NCBI GenBank assembly: GCA_039190745.1
Contig: JBCCXZ010000018.1
Coordinates: 1-56,738 of the forward strand
Direction: 5' to 3'
Length of the DNA: 56,738 nt
Origin: Planctomycetota bacterium
GTDB taxonomy: Bacteria; Planctomycetota; Planctomycetia; Pirellulales; Lacipirellulaceae
Notes under the pieces: model-generated
What the model saw: only the letters and a program-made list of their open reading frames with translations
What the model was told of the DNA's origin: nothing
The model's database searches: none
Position numbers and translations under genes: made by a program
Shown: positions 18,550 through 28,934 of the stretch, piece after piece
Position numbering within the stretch: position 1 is the stretch's first letter
How the letters are laid out: each line of letters opens with the position of its first letter

Positions 18550-20067
18550 TCACAAACGGTAAATTCCTCCGAATTTGCGGGTTAGTTGGTCGAGCAAGCA
18601 CTGGTGTGACAGCGGCTTACCCGTGACGCGCTCGACCAAGTCGGCCGGCGCGAACCGGCGGCCCTGGCTGTGGATTTGGGAGCGGAGCCATTCGCACAGT
18701 TCGGTGAACCGGCCCTCCGCAAAGCCGGCTTCGAGGCCGGGGATGTCGGCCTGGGCCTGCTCGAAGAACTGGGCCGCGTAAAGATTACCCAGCGCGTAGG
18801 TGGGGAAGTAGCCGAAGAGGCCTTCGCTCCAGTGCACGTCTTGCAGCACGCCGTCGGAGTCGGTGGGCGACTCGACGCCGAGGTACTCGCGGTACTTGGC
18901 GTTCCAGGCCTCGGGCAGGTCGGCCACTTCGAGCGAGCGGTCGAACAGCGCGGTCTCCAGCTCGAAGCGGACGAGTACGTGGAGGTTGTAGGTCACCTCG
19001 TCGGCGTCGACACGGACGAGCGACGGGCGGACGTCGTTGACCGCACGGTAGAAGTCGTCGAGCGGCACGCCGTCGAGCGCGGCGGGGAAGGCTTGTTGCG
19101 CTTGCGGGTAGAGGTGCTCCCAGAAGCTCAGGCTGCGGCCGACTTGGTTCTCCCACATGCGTGACTGCGACTCGTGGATGCCGAGCGAGACGGCTTCGCC
19201 GGTCGGCAACCCGTGGTGCTCGGCGGGGAGGCCCTGGTCGTAGATGCCGTGGCCGACTTCGTGGAGGATGCTGAAGAAGGCGTCGCCGAAGGCGTGCTCG
19301 TCGTAGCGTGTGGTGAGGCGGACGTCGTGGGGGCCGACGCCGCAGCAAAACGGGTGCGCCGTGACGTCGAGCCGACCGGCGTCGAAGTCGAAGCCGATCG
19401 CAGCGGCGCCGGACTGGCCGAACTCGCGCTGGGCTTCGATCGGGTACGAACGCTGTAGGATCGAGACGTCCGGCCGGTGCGGGCTGTCGGCGATTGCCTG
19501 CACGAGCGGCACCAGGGCTTCGCGGAGGCCGCCGAGCACCTGGGCGACTTCGGCGGTCTTCGCGCCGGGCTCGTAGTCGTCGAGCAACGCGTCGTACGGC
19601 TGGTCGTCGTAGCCAATCGCTTCGGCTTCCTGCCGCTTGAGATCGACCATCTTCTCCAGCAGCGGTTGGAACCGGGCGAAGTCGTTCGCCTTGCGGGCCT
19701 CGACCCAGACGTTGTGCGCGAGCGAGCCGGTGCGGGTGATCTCCTCGACGAGCGTCTGCGGCAGCTTGGTTTTCTTGTCGTAGTCGCGGCGGAGCTGATG
19801 GATCACGCAGCCGGCGTCGCTCGCCGGGTCGGCGGCGAGGGGGCTGCCCTCAAGCTCGGCGAGCCACTCGTCCTGCCGGGGGTCGGTCTGCCGACGGTGG
19901 ATCTCGCCGGAGAGGTAGGCGAGTTGCTCGGCCCGGTAGTCGCCGCCTACGGAGGGCATGTAGGTCCGCTCGTCCCAGAAGAGGGCGCTCTGGATGTCGA
20001 CCAGCAGGGCGGTCTCGCGGGCGTAGCTCGTGAGGGATTCGTAAGCAAGTGATTCGCTGTTGGGCAT
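18550..20067 (-). CDS. Carboxypeptidase Taq (M32 family metallocarboxypeptidase)
   Basis: YDALLDDYEPG, HPF, HEVGH, HESQSRMWEN, RVDADEVTY, GVLQDVHW and GYFPTYALG. Confidence 0.96.
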   Translation of the reverse strand: MPNSESLAYESLTSYARETALLVDIQSALFWDERTYMPSVGGDYRAEQLAYLSGEIHRRQTDPRQDEWLAELEGSPLAADPASDAGCVIHQLRRDYDKKTKLPQTLVEEITRTGSLAHNVWVEARKANDFARFQPLLEKMVDLKRQEAEAIGYDDQPYDALLDDYEPGAKTAEVAQVLGGLREALVPLVQAIADSPHRPDVSILQRSYPIEAQREFGQSGAAAIGFDFDAGRLDVTAHPFCCGVGPHDVRLTTRYDEHAFGDAFFSILHEVGHGIYDQGLPAEHHGLPTGEAVSLGIHESQSRMWENQVGRSLSFWEHLYPQAQQAFPAALDGVPLDDFYRAVNDVRPSLVRVDADEVTYNLHVLVRFELETALFDRSLEVADLPEAWNAKYREYLGVESPTDSDGVLQDVHWSEGLFGYFPTYALGNLYAAQFFEQAQADIPGLEAGFAEGRFTELCEWLRSQIHSQGRRFAPADLVERVTGKPLSHQCLLDQLTRKFGGIYRL

Positions 20068-20187
20068 CTTGGTCGCTAGTCTCGAAAGGCTTGAATAAGT
20101 TGACGGCCGCGGTCGGCGGCAGGAAATTGGACCGCGCTGCGGCCGCGGCTCGCAAGGTCTCTCATCTCGAATCGGAGTTTGTCAGTG

Positions 20188-20877
20188 ATGCTCGATGTGT
20201 TGGTGATCGCCCCGCACCCGGACGACGCGGAGCTGGGCATGGGCGGCGGGATTCTGCGGATGCGGGCCGAAGGCCTGCGGGTGGGCGTGCTCGATCTGAC
20301 CGACGGGGAACCGACGCCGCACGGCTCGCCGGAGCTGCGGGCGGCAGAGACGACCAGGGCTACTGAGTTGTTGGGGCTGGAGTGGCGAGAGAATCTGGGC
20401 CTGCCGAACCGCAGCTTGGAGCCGACGCTCGAAGCGCGGGCGGCCTTGGCCGGGGTGATCCGCCGGACGCGGCCGCGGTGGTTGTTTGCTCCGTACTGGG
20501 TGGACGCCCATCCGGATCATGTGGCGGCGACGGAGCTGGTTGAGGCGGCGCGGTTCTGGGCAAAGCTCACCAAGAGCGACCTGCCGGGCGAGCCGCACCA
20601 CCCGGAGCGGATCTACAACTACTACTGCGTTCACTTGAAGCTGGCGCCGCAGCCGGCGTTCGTGCTGGACATCAGCGACTACTGGGAGCAGAAGCTGGCG
20701 TCGATCCGGGCGTACGAGAGCCAGTTCATCACGGGCCGGCCGACGGAGCCGCCGACGTTCTTGGACCAGTTGCGCGACGAGGCGGCGTACTGGGGGAAGT
20801 CGATCGGCGTGCGTTACGGCGAGCCTTATACGAGCCGCGAGCCGCTGGGGTTGGGCGGGTTTGCGGGGCTGGTTTGA
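20188..20877 (+). CDS. bshB1: PIG-L family deacetylase, BshB1-like
   Basis: APHPDDAELGMGG, DLTDGE, R-x-x-E, DAHPDH, KLASIRAYESQF and IGVRYGEP. Confidence 0.85.
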   Translation: MLDVLVIAPHPDDAELGMGGGILRMRAEGLRVGVLDLTDGEPTPHGSPELRAAETTRATELLGLEWRENLGLPNRSLEPTLEARAALAGVIRRTRPRWLFAPYWVDAHPDHVAATELVEAARFWAKLTKSDLPGEPHHPERIYNYYCVHLKLAPQPAFVLDISDYWEQKLASIRAYESQFITGRPTEPPTFLDQLRDEAAYWGKSIGVRYGEPYTSREPLGLGGFAGLV

Positions 20878-21063
20878 CGACGGTCTCGGGTTTTGTCTTT
20901 GGGCACGAAATCCGATACACGCGGCGATATGCCTAAAGTCTGTTAGCAGTGGTGAGAAGTCAGGGGTGAGAGGTCGGTGTTTGCAGGGTGAAGTCGGTGT
21001 TAGGCTTGATCGTTTCACGGCTTGTTTTGGCCAAAGTGGTTTGAGTTTTTTGTGACTCTACCC

Positions 21064-21087
21064 CACTCGCTGACGTTCGGGGCTCTG
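21064..21087. repeat. REP-like dispersed intergenic repeat (copy 1)
   Basis: cactcgctgacgttcggggctctg matches 32569-32592 at 18/24 positions by eye. Confidence 0.45.
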
Positions 21088-21100
21088 CACGCGCGGATTT

Positions 21101-21120
21101 ATATGTACACCTGTATATAT
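21101..21120. promoter_or_regulatory. AT-rich imperfect palindrome, candidate operator
   Basis: ATATGTACACCTGTATATAT with core TACA-N2-TGTA. 16/20 positions are self-complementary. Confidence 0.45.
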
Positions 21121-21186
21121 TCTTACGCGGCCATTTTCTATAAAAAACCTGTGTTTCATCGGCTGTTAAAAAACGGCGACGGAGAA

Positions 21187-21214
21187 TTGCGTCGGCCGCC
21201 GAGGGGTATAGACT
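21187..21214 (+). promoter_or_regulatory. Candidate sigma70-type promoter of the 1888-aa gene
   Basis: TTGCGT-N16-TAGACT about 90 nt upstream of ATG 21305. Confidence 0.35.
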
Positions 21215-21304
21215 GAGGGTGGATCGGCGCCCGGGGTTTGGCCGCCGGGCCGGCGCAGAGGACTGCCCGGCTCTTCTGTTCTTGAGCGGCTAGAGGGCTC
21301 CCTG

Positions 21305-24300
21305 ATGAGTCTGCTGAGACCGTGGCGTCGCGACCCGTTTCTGGCGAAGGCGGAATCCCGTCTGCGCCGGCTGCGCTTCGAGCCGCTGGAAGAGCGGCGG
21401 GTGCTGACCGTGTTGACGGTCGACACCCCGTTCGATGTGATCGACGCCAACGACGGGCGGACTTCGCTCCGCGAGGCGATCAACACGGCAAACTTGATGC
21501 CGGGACCCGACGAGATTGTCTTCGACGTTTTCGAGAGTGGATTTCAAGGTGCAAGCATATCCCTTGGGGAGTTCTTGATCACCGACGGATTGACGATCAC
21601 CGGCCCGGGGGCGGATTCGTTCGTGATCAACGCCTGGGGCCGGTCGCGGATTTTCAACATCGACGACCCAACCACCGAAGACGAAGACTTCGATGTGACG
21701 TTGTCGGGCATGACACTTACCGAGGGCTCCGTATCTGGGGCACATATTAGCCCCCTTGATACCACCTACAGCGGCGGAGCCATCCGCTCGGCAACTACTG
21801 GCGTGTTGACTTTAGTCGATTCGGTGGTGAGTTACAGCAGGACACGCACACATTACTCGGGGGGTGGGGGCGTTTTCGTAAGAGGCGATCTTGTGCTTAC
21901 TGGCAGTAGCGTTGCTCATAACTACAGCTCGTTGTTCCATTCTGGTTTTGGCGCCCGAGGTGGCGGCGTGTTTGCAGGGGGCTCTGTGACGCTGTCTGAG
22001 AGCGAAATCCTGCGCAACAGAACCTACGGCCCGGGCGCAAGCGGTGGGGGGGTCTTCGCTGCAAGGGACGTCACGATCACCAACAGCACCATTACTGGAA
22101 ACTCAACCTGGGATTCGCTTGCTGACGGCGGCGGGTTTAGGACGAACGGCTTTGCATCAATCACGAACAGCACGATTGAGTACAACAGTGCCGGAGATTT
22201 CTTCCAGGACTCCGATGGCGGCGGGTTCAGGTCGCGAGGGGCTCTGCTGGTAAATAGCACTGTCCGCCACAACTTTGCCGAACGATCGGGCGGCGGTTTC
22301 TTCTCCGATGGCCCAGCTACGCTTATCGACAGCGTTATTGACGGGAACTTCTCCTATTCAGGTGGAGGAGGTTTCGTATCCACGCAAGAGACGATGCTGA
22401 CCAACAGTATCGTGAGAAAGAACCTCACTAGAGGAACAGACGCCAATGGCGGTGGCTTCACGAGCCGCTCGGCAACTCTCATCAATAGTGAGATTAGCGG
22501 CAACCACACTACGGGCGGGTTCTCCGAGGGCGGGGGTTTCTCTGCTTCTGAGCAAGTAGATCTTGTCGATAGCTTGGTGATTCAGAATTGGACCGAGGGT
22601 TCAAACTCCGATGGAGGAGGATTCTACAGCTGGGGGACCGTCTTGCTGGAGGGCAGCACAATAGAAGGTAACTCCACCCAGGGGACAGACTCCTCCGGGG
22701 GCGGCTTCTTTGCCGTAAGGGATACGACCCTGATTAACAGTGTCGTAAGTGGCAACACGACCGCGATGGCGGGGTCGGATTCAGGTGGGTTCCGATCTCT
22801 TGCAGGCGTCGCGCTGACCTACAGCACGGTGAGCGATAACGCGACCCAAGGAGACGACGCGGGCGGCGGCGGGTTTACCGCTGTCGAGGCAACGATCGTC
22901 CGCAGCACGATCAGCGCCAACAGCACCGAAGGGCTCGCCTCGAGCGGCGGCGGATTCTCGGCAGAGAGCGCGACGCTCACCGGCAGCACGGTCAGCGGGA
23001 ACAGCACTGCGGGCGAAAGCGCCCATGGAGCGGGGGGTTACGCCCGGGACATCGAGTTGTTCGGCAGCACGATCACGGAGAACCACGCAACGGGGCACGA
23101 AGCGTTCGGAGGCGGGTTGTTTGTCACCAGCGGGGTTGGGTCGCTCGACCACGCGATCGTCTACGGCAACGGGTCGGGCGGCGTGGCGAACGACATCGCG
23201 GCAGCGACGGGTTCCTATGTGGTCGACAACTTGCTCATCGGCGCAATCGCGGGCGGGACTCAAGCGTTGCTGAGCAACACCATTCTCGGGACCGACCCGC
23301 TGCTGGGGCTGCTGCAGGACAACGGCGGGCCGACCTTCACCCATGCGTTGCTGGAAGGGAGCCCGGCGATCGACGCGGGCGACCCCGGTTTGGCGGCGGG
23401 CCTTGCGGGCGTGCCCGAGTTTGACCAGCGCGGCTTCGCGTTCACGCGGGTGTTCGGCGGGGCGATCGACCTGGGAGCTGTTGAGCGACAGGAGTTCTTC
23501 CCACTAAGCCTGATGGTGGACACCATCGAGGACGAGTCTGACGGCGACTACAGCCGTTTCGACCTGTCGCTACGGGAAGCGATTGAGCTGACGAACTTCT
23601 ACCCGGCAGCGGATGGCATCACTTTTGACACTGAGGTTTTCGGGACACCCCAGGTGATCGTGTTGGAGCAGGGGGAACTAGGGATCACCGACGGACTGAC
23701 CGTGAGCGGGCCGGGCGCGGAGCTGTTGACGATCGACGCCCAGCAGCGGTCGCGGATATTCAACATCGATGACCCGAGCGAGGAAGAGGAGGGGTTCGAC
23801 GTTGCTTTTTCTGGGCTCACTCTGACTGGAGGCCGTGCTGAAGACTCGGGGGGCGCCGTCCGATCCGTGACGTTCGGCGAGCTCTCGATCTTGAACAGTG
23901 TCGTCACAGGGAACCGATCCGAGGGCGGCGTCGGCGGTGGAGGCGTCTACGCGAGGCCTGGGGGAGAGCCCGAGCGACGTCCTAGAGGCCTTGGGTTGAT
24001 TACGGCTGCCTCCGATGCCTCCAACACCACCATTGGGGATGGCCTGGGGCTGTCGGATTCTGCGACGACAACAATTGAGAACTCACTGCTTCTTGATAAC
24101 TCGACCGACGGATCGGGCGGGGGGCTTTGGGCGGCAGGGCGTCTTCAGTTGATCGATTCGGAGGTGATCGACAACCGAGCAGTAGTTGGCGGGGGCGGTG
24201 TTTACACTTATTCATATTCGGAAGGAGAAATCCGAGACTCCTTGATCTCGGGCAACAGCGTCGAGTACGAGGGGGATGTAACTTACTACAGTTTCCGCAC

Positions 24301-26971
24301 AGGAGGCGGGGGGGTTTTGAGCCTCGGAGGCTTCGAGGCGCCGTTGACGATTATCGATTCCGAGATCAGCAGCAACTGGACCGACCGAGAGGACGCTGAG
24401 GGCGGAGGCGTCAAGGCGGGTGATCTGGTGCTGACTCGATCGCTGGTGAGCGGCAACAGCACGCGGGCTATCTCTTCTAGCGGAGGCGGGGTCTATGTCG
24501 CTTCGGGTTTAAGCGCCGTGGATTCCTTACTTACCGGCAACACGACCTACGGCACAGAATCAGCAGGAGGGGGCGTCGGCCTGTATCTGAGTCGCGGCGG
24601 CACCATTGCTACCGAGTTCATTAGGACAACCGTGAGCGGAAACCGGACTTACGGTGACGGGTCGTTCGGGGGAGGAGTGGGCATGCGGTGGGGCTCATCT
24701 TCGCCGCCGGAGATTATCGATTCGACCATAGAAGACAATCACGCATTAGCGGCGTCGGGCGGTGGGTTGGGATTCAGCAGCTCGATTGCACCGGTGATCC
24801 AAGGAGCAAGGATCCGAAACAATACAGCGGCTTCAGACGGGGGAGGGCTCTTCTGGCTCGGTGCTCGTGCAGACGCAATGGCTGTGGAAGACTCCGTGAT
24901 CAGCGGCAACACCGCGGGGGGTCTAGGGGGTGGCGTTTTCGTCACGCAAGGCGACGCGTCGATGACCCGTACGACCGTGAGCGGGAACTTAGCAGCCGAG
25001 GGCGGTGGTGGTGTTTCCTCGGGGGAAAATAGCGAAGAAACATGGACTATTGTCGATTCACTTGTTGAGGCCAACGAAGCCGAAGGGCCCGGGGGCGGCA
25101 TTTCGGTGTTCAATGCGGTACTCTCACGGACCAGAGTTGTTGGGAACAGTACTGCGGAGAGCTACTCGTATGGCAGCTTCTCGTATGGCGGAGGGATTCA
25201 TGCCAGAGGTGACGTGACGGTCACCGAGAGCACCGTCGAGAGCAACTCCACTTCGGGGCGACGCTCCGGCGGGGGTGGCATCTATGCGGACGGGAGCGTG
25301 ACCGTTTCCAGGAGCAGTATCAGCCAAAACAGTGCGCCGGGGCTCGATTCCTGGGGCGGCGGGCTCAGGGCCGGGGCAGACGTTGCCATTGAGGAGAGTT
25401 TCGTCGAAGGGAACATAAGCGGCGGCAGCGGAGGCGGGGTCATAGGGCGAGTCGTGACGGTCAGCGACAGCTCCGTGAGCGGAAACGTCAGCAGCCGTTC
25501 CGGCGGGGGGATCAGCAGCTACAGCACGATCCTCACTCGCAGCGTGGTTAGCGGCAACAGCACGGGGTCTAGAGGCGGCGGCGGGGTCACTGTCTCGTCC
25601 AAGGGGTACGCATCGCTTATAGAGAGCAGCGTTGTAGGCAACACTACTTCCGGTAACGGTGGTGGTATCCGCTCCTTCGTCTCGTACGGTCTATCGGGTG
25701 ATGTGACGCTACATCGCAGCACCGTGAGCGGAAATAACAGTGGCCGCGACGGAGGCGGGGTTTATGCCCAAGTCGTCTCTTCGACTCAGAGCACAGTCAG
25801 CGGAAATCAGGGGCGAAGCAAAGGTGGTGGTATCTTTGCAACACAAGGTGGCTTCGTCTCACTGGCGAATAGTACTGTCAGCGGAAACAGCCTGACAGGC
25901 AGTAACTCACGGGGCGCCGGGGTTTACGCGGGTCTTGTTACAGACGTGCGGCTAGACAACAGTACGATCACCGGGAATACGGCTACTAGTGCTGGCTCGG
26001 CAGGTAGCGGAGTCGTCGTGTACGGCGGCGTCGGCACGATTCGGAACTCGATCGTACATGGAAACCTAGCAGGAGCCGGTCAAGCGGAGGACCTTCTGGC
26101 AGAGGACTACGATGAGTTCATCGGAGCATTCAACATCGATTTCAGTTTGGTTGGCGTGATCGCCTTGGGGACGCCGTCTGAACTGAACGACTCGCTTGTG
26201 GAAACCGATCCCCTGCTGGGGCCGCTCACTCACAACGGAGGGCCGACACCAACGCACGCCTTGCTGCCTGGGAGCCCGGCGATTGACATGGGGGATCCTG
26301 CCGCAGTCGCAGGCCTGAACGGTGTGTCCGAGACGGATCAGCGGGGTGGGTTGTACACGCGGGTAGCGGGCGGGCGGATCGATATCGGAGCGTCTGAGTC
26401 GCAGCCGCAGCACGCCGATTTTGACGCGGACGGAGACGTCGACCTGGCGGACCTACTGGCACAGCAACGCGGCTTTGGGACAGCGGCGCCCAACGCGGTG
26501 AAGGCCGACGGGGATGCGGACGATGACCTCGACGTGGATGGCGACGATCAATCGGCTGCGCTCAACGCATTCGGTGCGGGGAGTGCGGTCTACGAAACTC
26601 TTGAGTTCTCCGAAGTGGCTAGGCTTGCGGGTGAAGAGCTTCCGCCGCCGGTCCAGCAGCCGTACTTTCCGGAAGAAGAGCCGGCCTCGGTGGCGAGCGG
26701 GTTGGTGAATGCGCTCGCCTACGACGGTCCGACTGTGCAGCGTGAAGACGCGGCGATCGTTGACGCGGTGTGGGAAGAAACAGGAAGGGGGCCCCGCTGG
26801 GAGGCCCCCTTCGTTCCACCTGCTATTGAAGTTTCGGATCTAACCGACGCTCTAACCGACGAGCGCCCGCTGGCGGCGGACGGCGAGTCCGGCGAGCGAG
26901 GCGAGGGCGAGGCCAAACGTGCCTGGCTCGGGGATCGCAGTCAGGGCCTTCAGGTTGAAGGCGTAGCGTGA
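21305..26971 (+). CDS. Giant secreted modular beta-helix protein: 2 x [SLREA head + GGG(F/I/V) repeats + choice-of-anchor-Q-like tail] plus a dockerin-like Ca-binding end
   Basis: RRLRFEPLEERRVLT N-motif, TSLREAI / LSLREAI, roughly 25-30-aa GGG(F/V/I)...S(T/V)(I/V)SGN repeats, two DPLLGxLxxNGGPTxTHALLxGSPAID tails, and ADFDADGDVD. Confidence 0.9.
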   Translation: MSLLRPWRRDPFLAKAESRLRRLRFEPLEERRVLTVLTVDTPFDVIDANDGRTSLREAINTANLMPGPDEIVFDVFESGFQGASISLGEFLITDGLTITGPGADSFVINAWGRSRIFNIDDPTTEDEDFDVTLSGMTLTEGSVSGAHISPLDTTYSGGAIRSATTGVLTLVDSVVSYSRTRTHYSGGGGVFVRGDLVLTGSSVAHNYSSLFHSGFGARGGGVFAGGSVTLSESEILRNRTYGPGASGGGVFAARDVTITNSTITGNSTWDSLADGGGFRTNGFASITNSTIEYNSAGDFFQDSDGGGFRSRGALLVNSTVRHNFAERSGGGFFSDGPATLIDSVIDGNFSYSGGGGFVSTQETMLTNSIVRKNLTRGTDANGGGFTSRSATLINSEISGNHTTGGFSEGGGFSASEQVDLVDSLVIQNWTEGSNSDGGGFYSWGTVLLEGSTIEGNSTQGTDSSGGGFFAVRDTTLINSVVSGNTTAMAGSDSGGFRSLAGVALTYSTVSDNATQGDDAGGGGFTAVEATIVRSTISANSTEGLASSGGGFSAESATLTGSTVSGNSTAGESAHGAGGYARDIELFGSTITENHATGHEAFGGGLFVTSGVGSLDHAIVYGNGSGGVANDIAAATGSYVVDNLLIGAIAGGTQALLSNTILGTDPLLGLLQDNGGPTFTHALLEGSPAIDAGDPGLAAGLAGVPEFDQRGFAFTRVFGGAIDLGAVERQEFFPLSLMVDTIEDESDGDYSRFDLSLREAIELTNFYPAADGITFDTEVFGTPQVIVLEQGELGITDGLTVSGPGAELLTIDAQQRSRIFNIDDPSEEEEGFDVAFSGLTLTGGRAEDSGGAVRSVTFGELSILNSVVTGNRSEGGVGGGGVYARPGGEPERRPRGLGLITAASDASNTTIGDGLGLSDSATTTIENSLLLDNSTDGSGGGLWAAGRLQLIDSEVIDNRAVVGGGGVYTYSYSEGEIRDSLISGNSVEYEGDVTYYSFRTGGGGVLSLGGFEAPLTIIDSEISSNWTDREDAEGGGVKAGDLVLTRSLVSGNSTRAISSSGGGVYVASGLSAVDSLLTGNTTYGTESAGGGVGLYLSRGGTIATEFIRTTVSGNRTYGDGSFGGGVGMRWGSSSPPEIIDSTIEDNHALAASGGGLGFSSSIAPVIQGARIRNNTAASDGGGLFWLGARADAMAVEDSVISGNTAGGLGGGVFVTQGDASMTRTTVSGNLAAEGGGGVSSGENSEETWTIVDSLVEANEAEGPGGGISVFNAVLSRTRVVGNSTAESYSYGSFSYGGGIHARGDVTVTESTVESNSTSGRRSGGGGIYADGSVTVSRSSISQNSAPGLDSWGGGLRAGADVAIEESFVEGNISGGSGGGVIGRVVTVSDSSVSGNVSSRSGGGISSYSTILTRSVVSGNSTGSRGGGGVTVSSKGYASLIESSVVGNTTSGNGGGIRSFVSYGLSGDVTLHRSTVSGNNSGRDGGGVYAQVVSSTQSTVSGNQGRSKGGGIFATQGGFVSLANSTVSGNSLTGSNSRGAGVYAGLVTDVRLDNSTITGNTATSAGSAGSGVVVYGGVGTIRNSIVHGNLAGAGQAEDLLAEDYDEFIGAFNIDFSLVGVIALGTPSELNDSLVETDPLLGPLTHNGGPTPTHALLPGSPAIDMGDPAAVAGLNGVSETDQRGGLYTRVAGGRIDIGASESQPQHADFDADGDVDLADLLAQQRGFGTAAPNAVKADGDADDDLDVDGDDQSAALNAFGAGSAVYETLEFSEVARLAGEELPPPVQQPYFPEEEPASVASGLVNALAYDGPTVQREDAAIVDAVWEETGRGPRWEAPFVPPAIEVSDLTDALTDERPLAADGESGERGEGEAKRAWLGDRSQGLQVEGVA

Positions 26972-27553
26972 GTTCGGCGTGCCGCCGGCGCCGGGGGCGG
27001 GGGTGAAGTCCCAGGTGATGGTGCCGGCGAGGCTGGTGAAGTTCGAGCCGTCGCTCAGGGCCAGGGTCACCTCGTTGAACTGGTCGAGCTCGGCCATGAA
27101 CGACTGCGGCGCGTCGAGCGGGCTGCCGTTGGCGTCTTCGACCACGACGGTCACCTTCGCGGCGCTGAAGTTGGTGGTGTCGTTGGAGCGGGTGATGATC
27201 TTGATGGCGTTCCAGACGCCGTCGGGGTCGATGTCGAGCGGGAGCGAGATGCCGCCGCTGAAGCCGAGCGTGGCGGTGTTGCCGTCGTAAGCGACCGACC
27301 AGTCGTAGGTCGTGCCCGAGGCGCCCCAGTTGAAAGGTGCGCTGTTAACGCTGCTGTCGCCGGCGTTGACGATGAAGGCGTCGTGGCCGCGTTGGGGGCC
27401 GTCGACTTCTTCATCACGCTTGATCTCGGTGGTGAAGAGCTTCGTGTCGGAGGGCGGCGAGATGGGGTTCAGCGTAGCCGCGGCGAGGTAGGAAGATGGC
27501 AGGGCGAGAGTGGCGGCGACAAAAAGGGTCGCTGCGCGGAGTGTGGTCGACAT
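26852..27553 (-). CDS. PEP-CTERM sorting-domain surface protein
   Basis: Signal peptide from ATG 27553 (MSTTLRAATLFVAA) and C-terminal IPEPGTFGLALASLAGLAVRRQR. Confidence 0.9.
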   Translation of the reverse strand: MSTTLRAATLFVAATLALPSSYLAAATLNPISPPSDTKLFTTEIKRDEEVDGPQRGHDAFIVNAGDSSVNSAPFNWGASGTTYDWSVAYDGNTATLGFSGGISLPLDIDPDGVWNAIKIITRSNDTTNFSAAKVTVVVEDANGSPLDAPQSFMAELDQFNEVTLALSDGSNFTSLAGTITWDFTPAPGAGGTPNSRYAFNLKALTAIPEPGTFGLALASLAGLAVRRQRALVG

Positions 27554-27854
27554 CACTAGCGGTGTCCTGTCTGGCTGATCTCGAGCGCGAAGGAGTCGCG
27601 AACGATCGATCACTGGGAAAAACCAACGAATAAATAACCGTACACGCATGCGGATAACCCGCAGGTGCAGTTGATTAGGTTATGTGGGAGTTGCAGCGGG
27701 GGCAAGGAGAATGCGCATTTTTGTGTCTCGACAGCAAGATGCGCTGTGCTGAGGAGTTTGCACATTCTAGCGCAAATAAAGAAGCCGCTCACACTGTGGT
27801 CAGCGGCTTCGAAACGGTCGCGATCGTCGCAAGTTCTTGGGCGCTGACTACGCG

Positions 27855-28832
27855 CTAGTAATGCACGTACGTGCGGCCGCTTTGGCCCTCGTACCAGTGG
27901 GCCTCGAACCACAGCTCGCCCGGGCGGTCGGGGGTTTCGAAGCAGAGGACCGGGTCGATCGAGGCGTAGAACCGCAGCTCGGCGATCGCGCGGCGGAGCT
28001 CGTCGGCTTGTGTCCCGGAGTCGATGATCGTGGAGCCGGCGAGCTCGGTCTCCAATAGCTCGGCGAACACCTGGGCGTCTCGCCGGTTGCGGAGGTCAAG
28101 GCCGCCGTTGCCTGCGAGCTTGCGGAGCAGTGCGGCGGCCGTGCTCACCGCGGCGATGCTGCCGCGGAGCGCGAGGCGTCCGCCGGCGATCGCCGTGCGG
28201 CGGGCGGCTTCGACGGCGCGGAACGCCCAGCCATAGAGGCGGGCGGCAAATATGGCGTCGCCGCGGTCGATTTCGGCGTCCTCGCGGAGGTCTTGTGCGG
28301 AGTAAAGCCGAAAGTAGGGGACGGTGGTAAACGTGGGCCTCAGGAAATAGAACGTGGCGCCGGGGGCGGCGGTCATGGCCTCCAGGTGCCGGAGGAGCAC
28401 ACCGCGGGGCGGGTTGTCGGGCACCTGGGTGAACCGCTCGGTGACCTCGAAAACGACCTCGCCCGCCGGGAGGAAGAACGAAGGGCGCAGCATGCGCACG
28501 ATGCGGTGGCTGCGGAACCACGCGGGGTTTTCTTCTCGGCAGCGGCTCCAGGCGTTGTCCCACGACTCGCGGCGGGCGCGGTTGAGCGCGAGCCAACGCG
28601 CGAGGCGCAGGCCGTAGCCGCGGCGGGCAACCTGGATGGTGGGGCCCCACTCGCCGAACTTGGTGAACGGTTCCGTAGAAGTGAAAGACTTGGCGAAGGC
28701 GTCATCGAGCGTGCTGGGGCGCAGCTGGTGCGGCCAGACAGATGTGTCGACTTGGCTGGCGGGCAGGCTGGTAGACAGACTAGCGGACAATGCTGCCGGT
28801 TCCGGCTGCAGGGCGGTGGTCGTTGCGGTCAT
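27855..28832 (-). CDS. Hypothetical protein
   Basis: Long ORF with genome-like codon usage and a GAGGAGG Shine-Dalgarno before ATG 28832. No family recognised. Confidence 0.75.
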   Translation of the reverse strand: MTATTTALQPEPAALSASLSTSLPASQVDTSVWPHQLRPSTLDDAFAKSFTSTEPFTKFGEWGPTIQVARRGYGLRLARWLALNRARRESWDNAWSRCREENPAWFRSHRIVRMLRPSFFLPAGEVVFEVTERFTQVPDNPPRGVLLRHLEAMTAAPGATFYFLRPTFTTVPYFRLYSAQDLREDAEIDRGDAIFAARLYGWAFRAVEAARRTAIAGGRLALRGSIAAVSTAAALLRKLAGNGGLDLRNRRDAQVFAELLETELAGSTIIDSGTQADELRRAIAELRFYASIDPVLCFETPDRPGELWFEAHWYEGQSGRTYVHY

Positions 28833-28934
28833 GAATTCGTGCCTCCTCGGTTCGGGTCGGGGCTGCTCGCGGGCGAGCGGCCGGGATGAGCGTCGCGGCG
28901 GATAAGTCGATGGATGATGAGCCGCGGTGATTTG

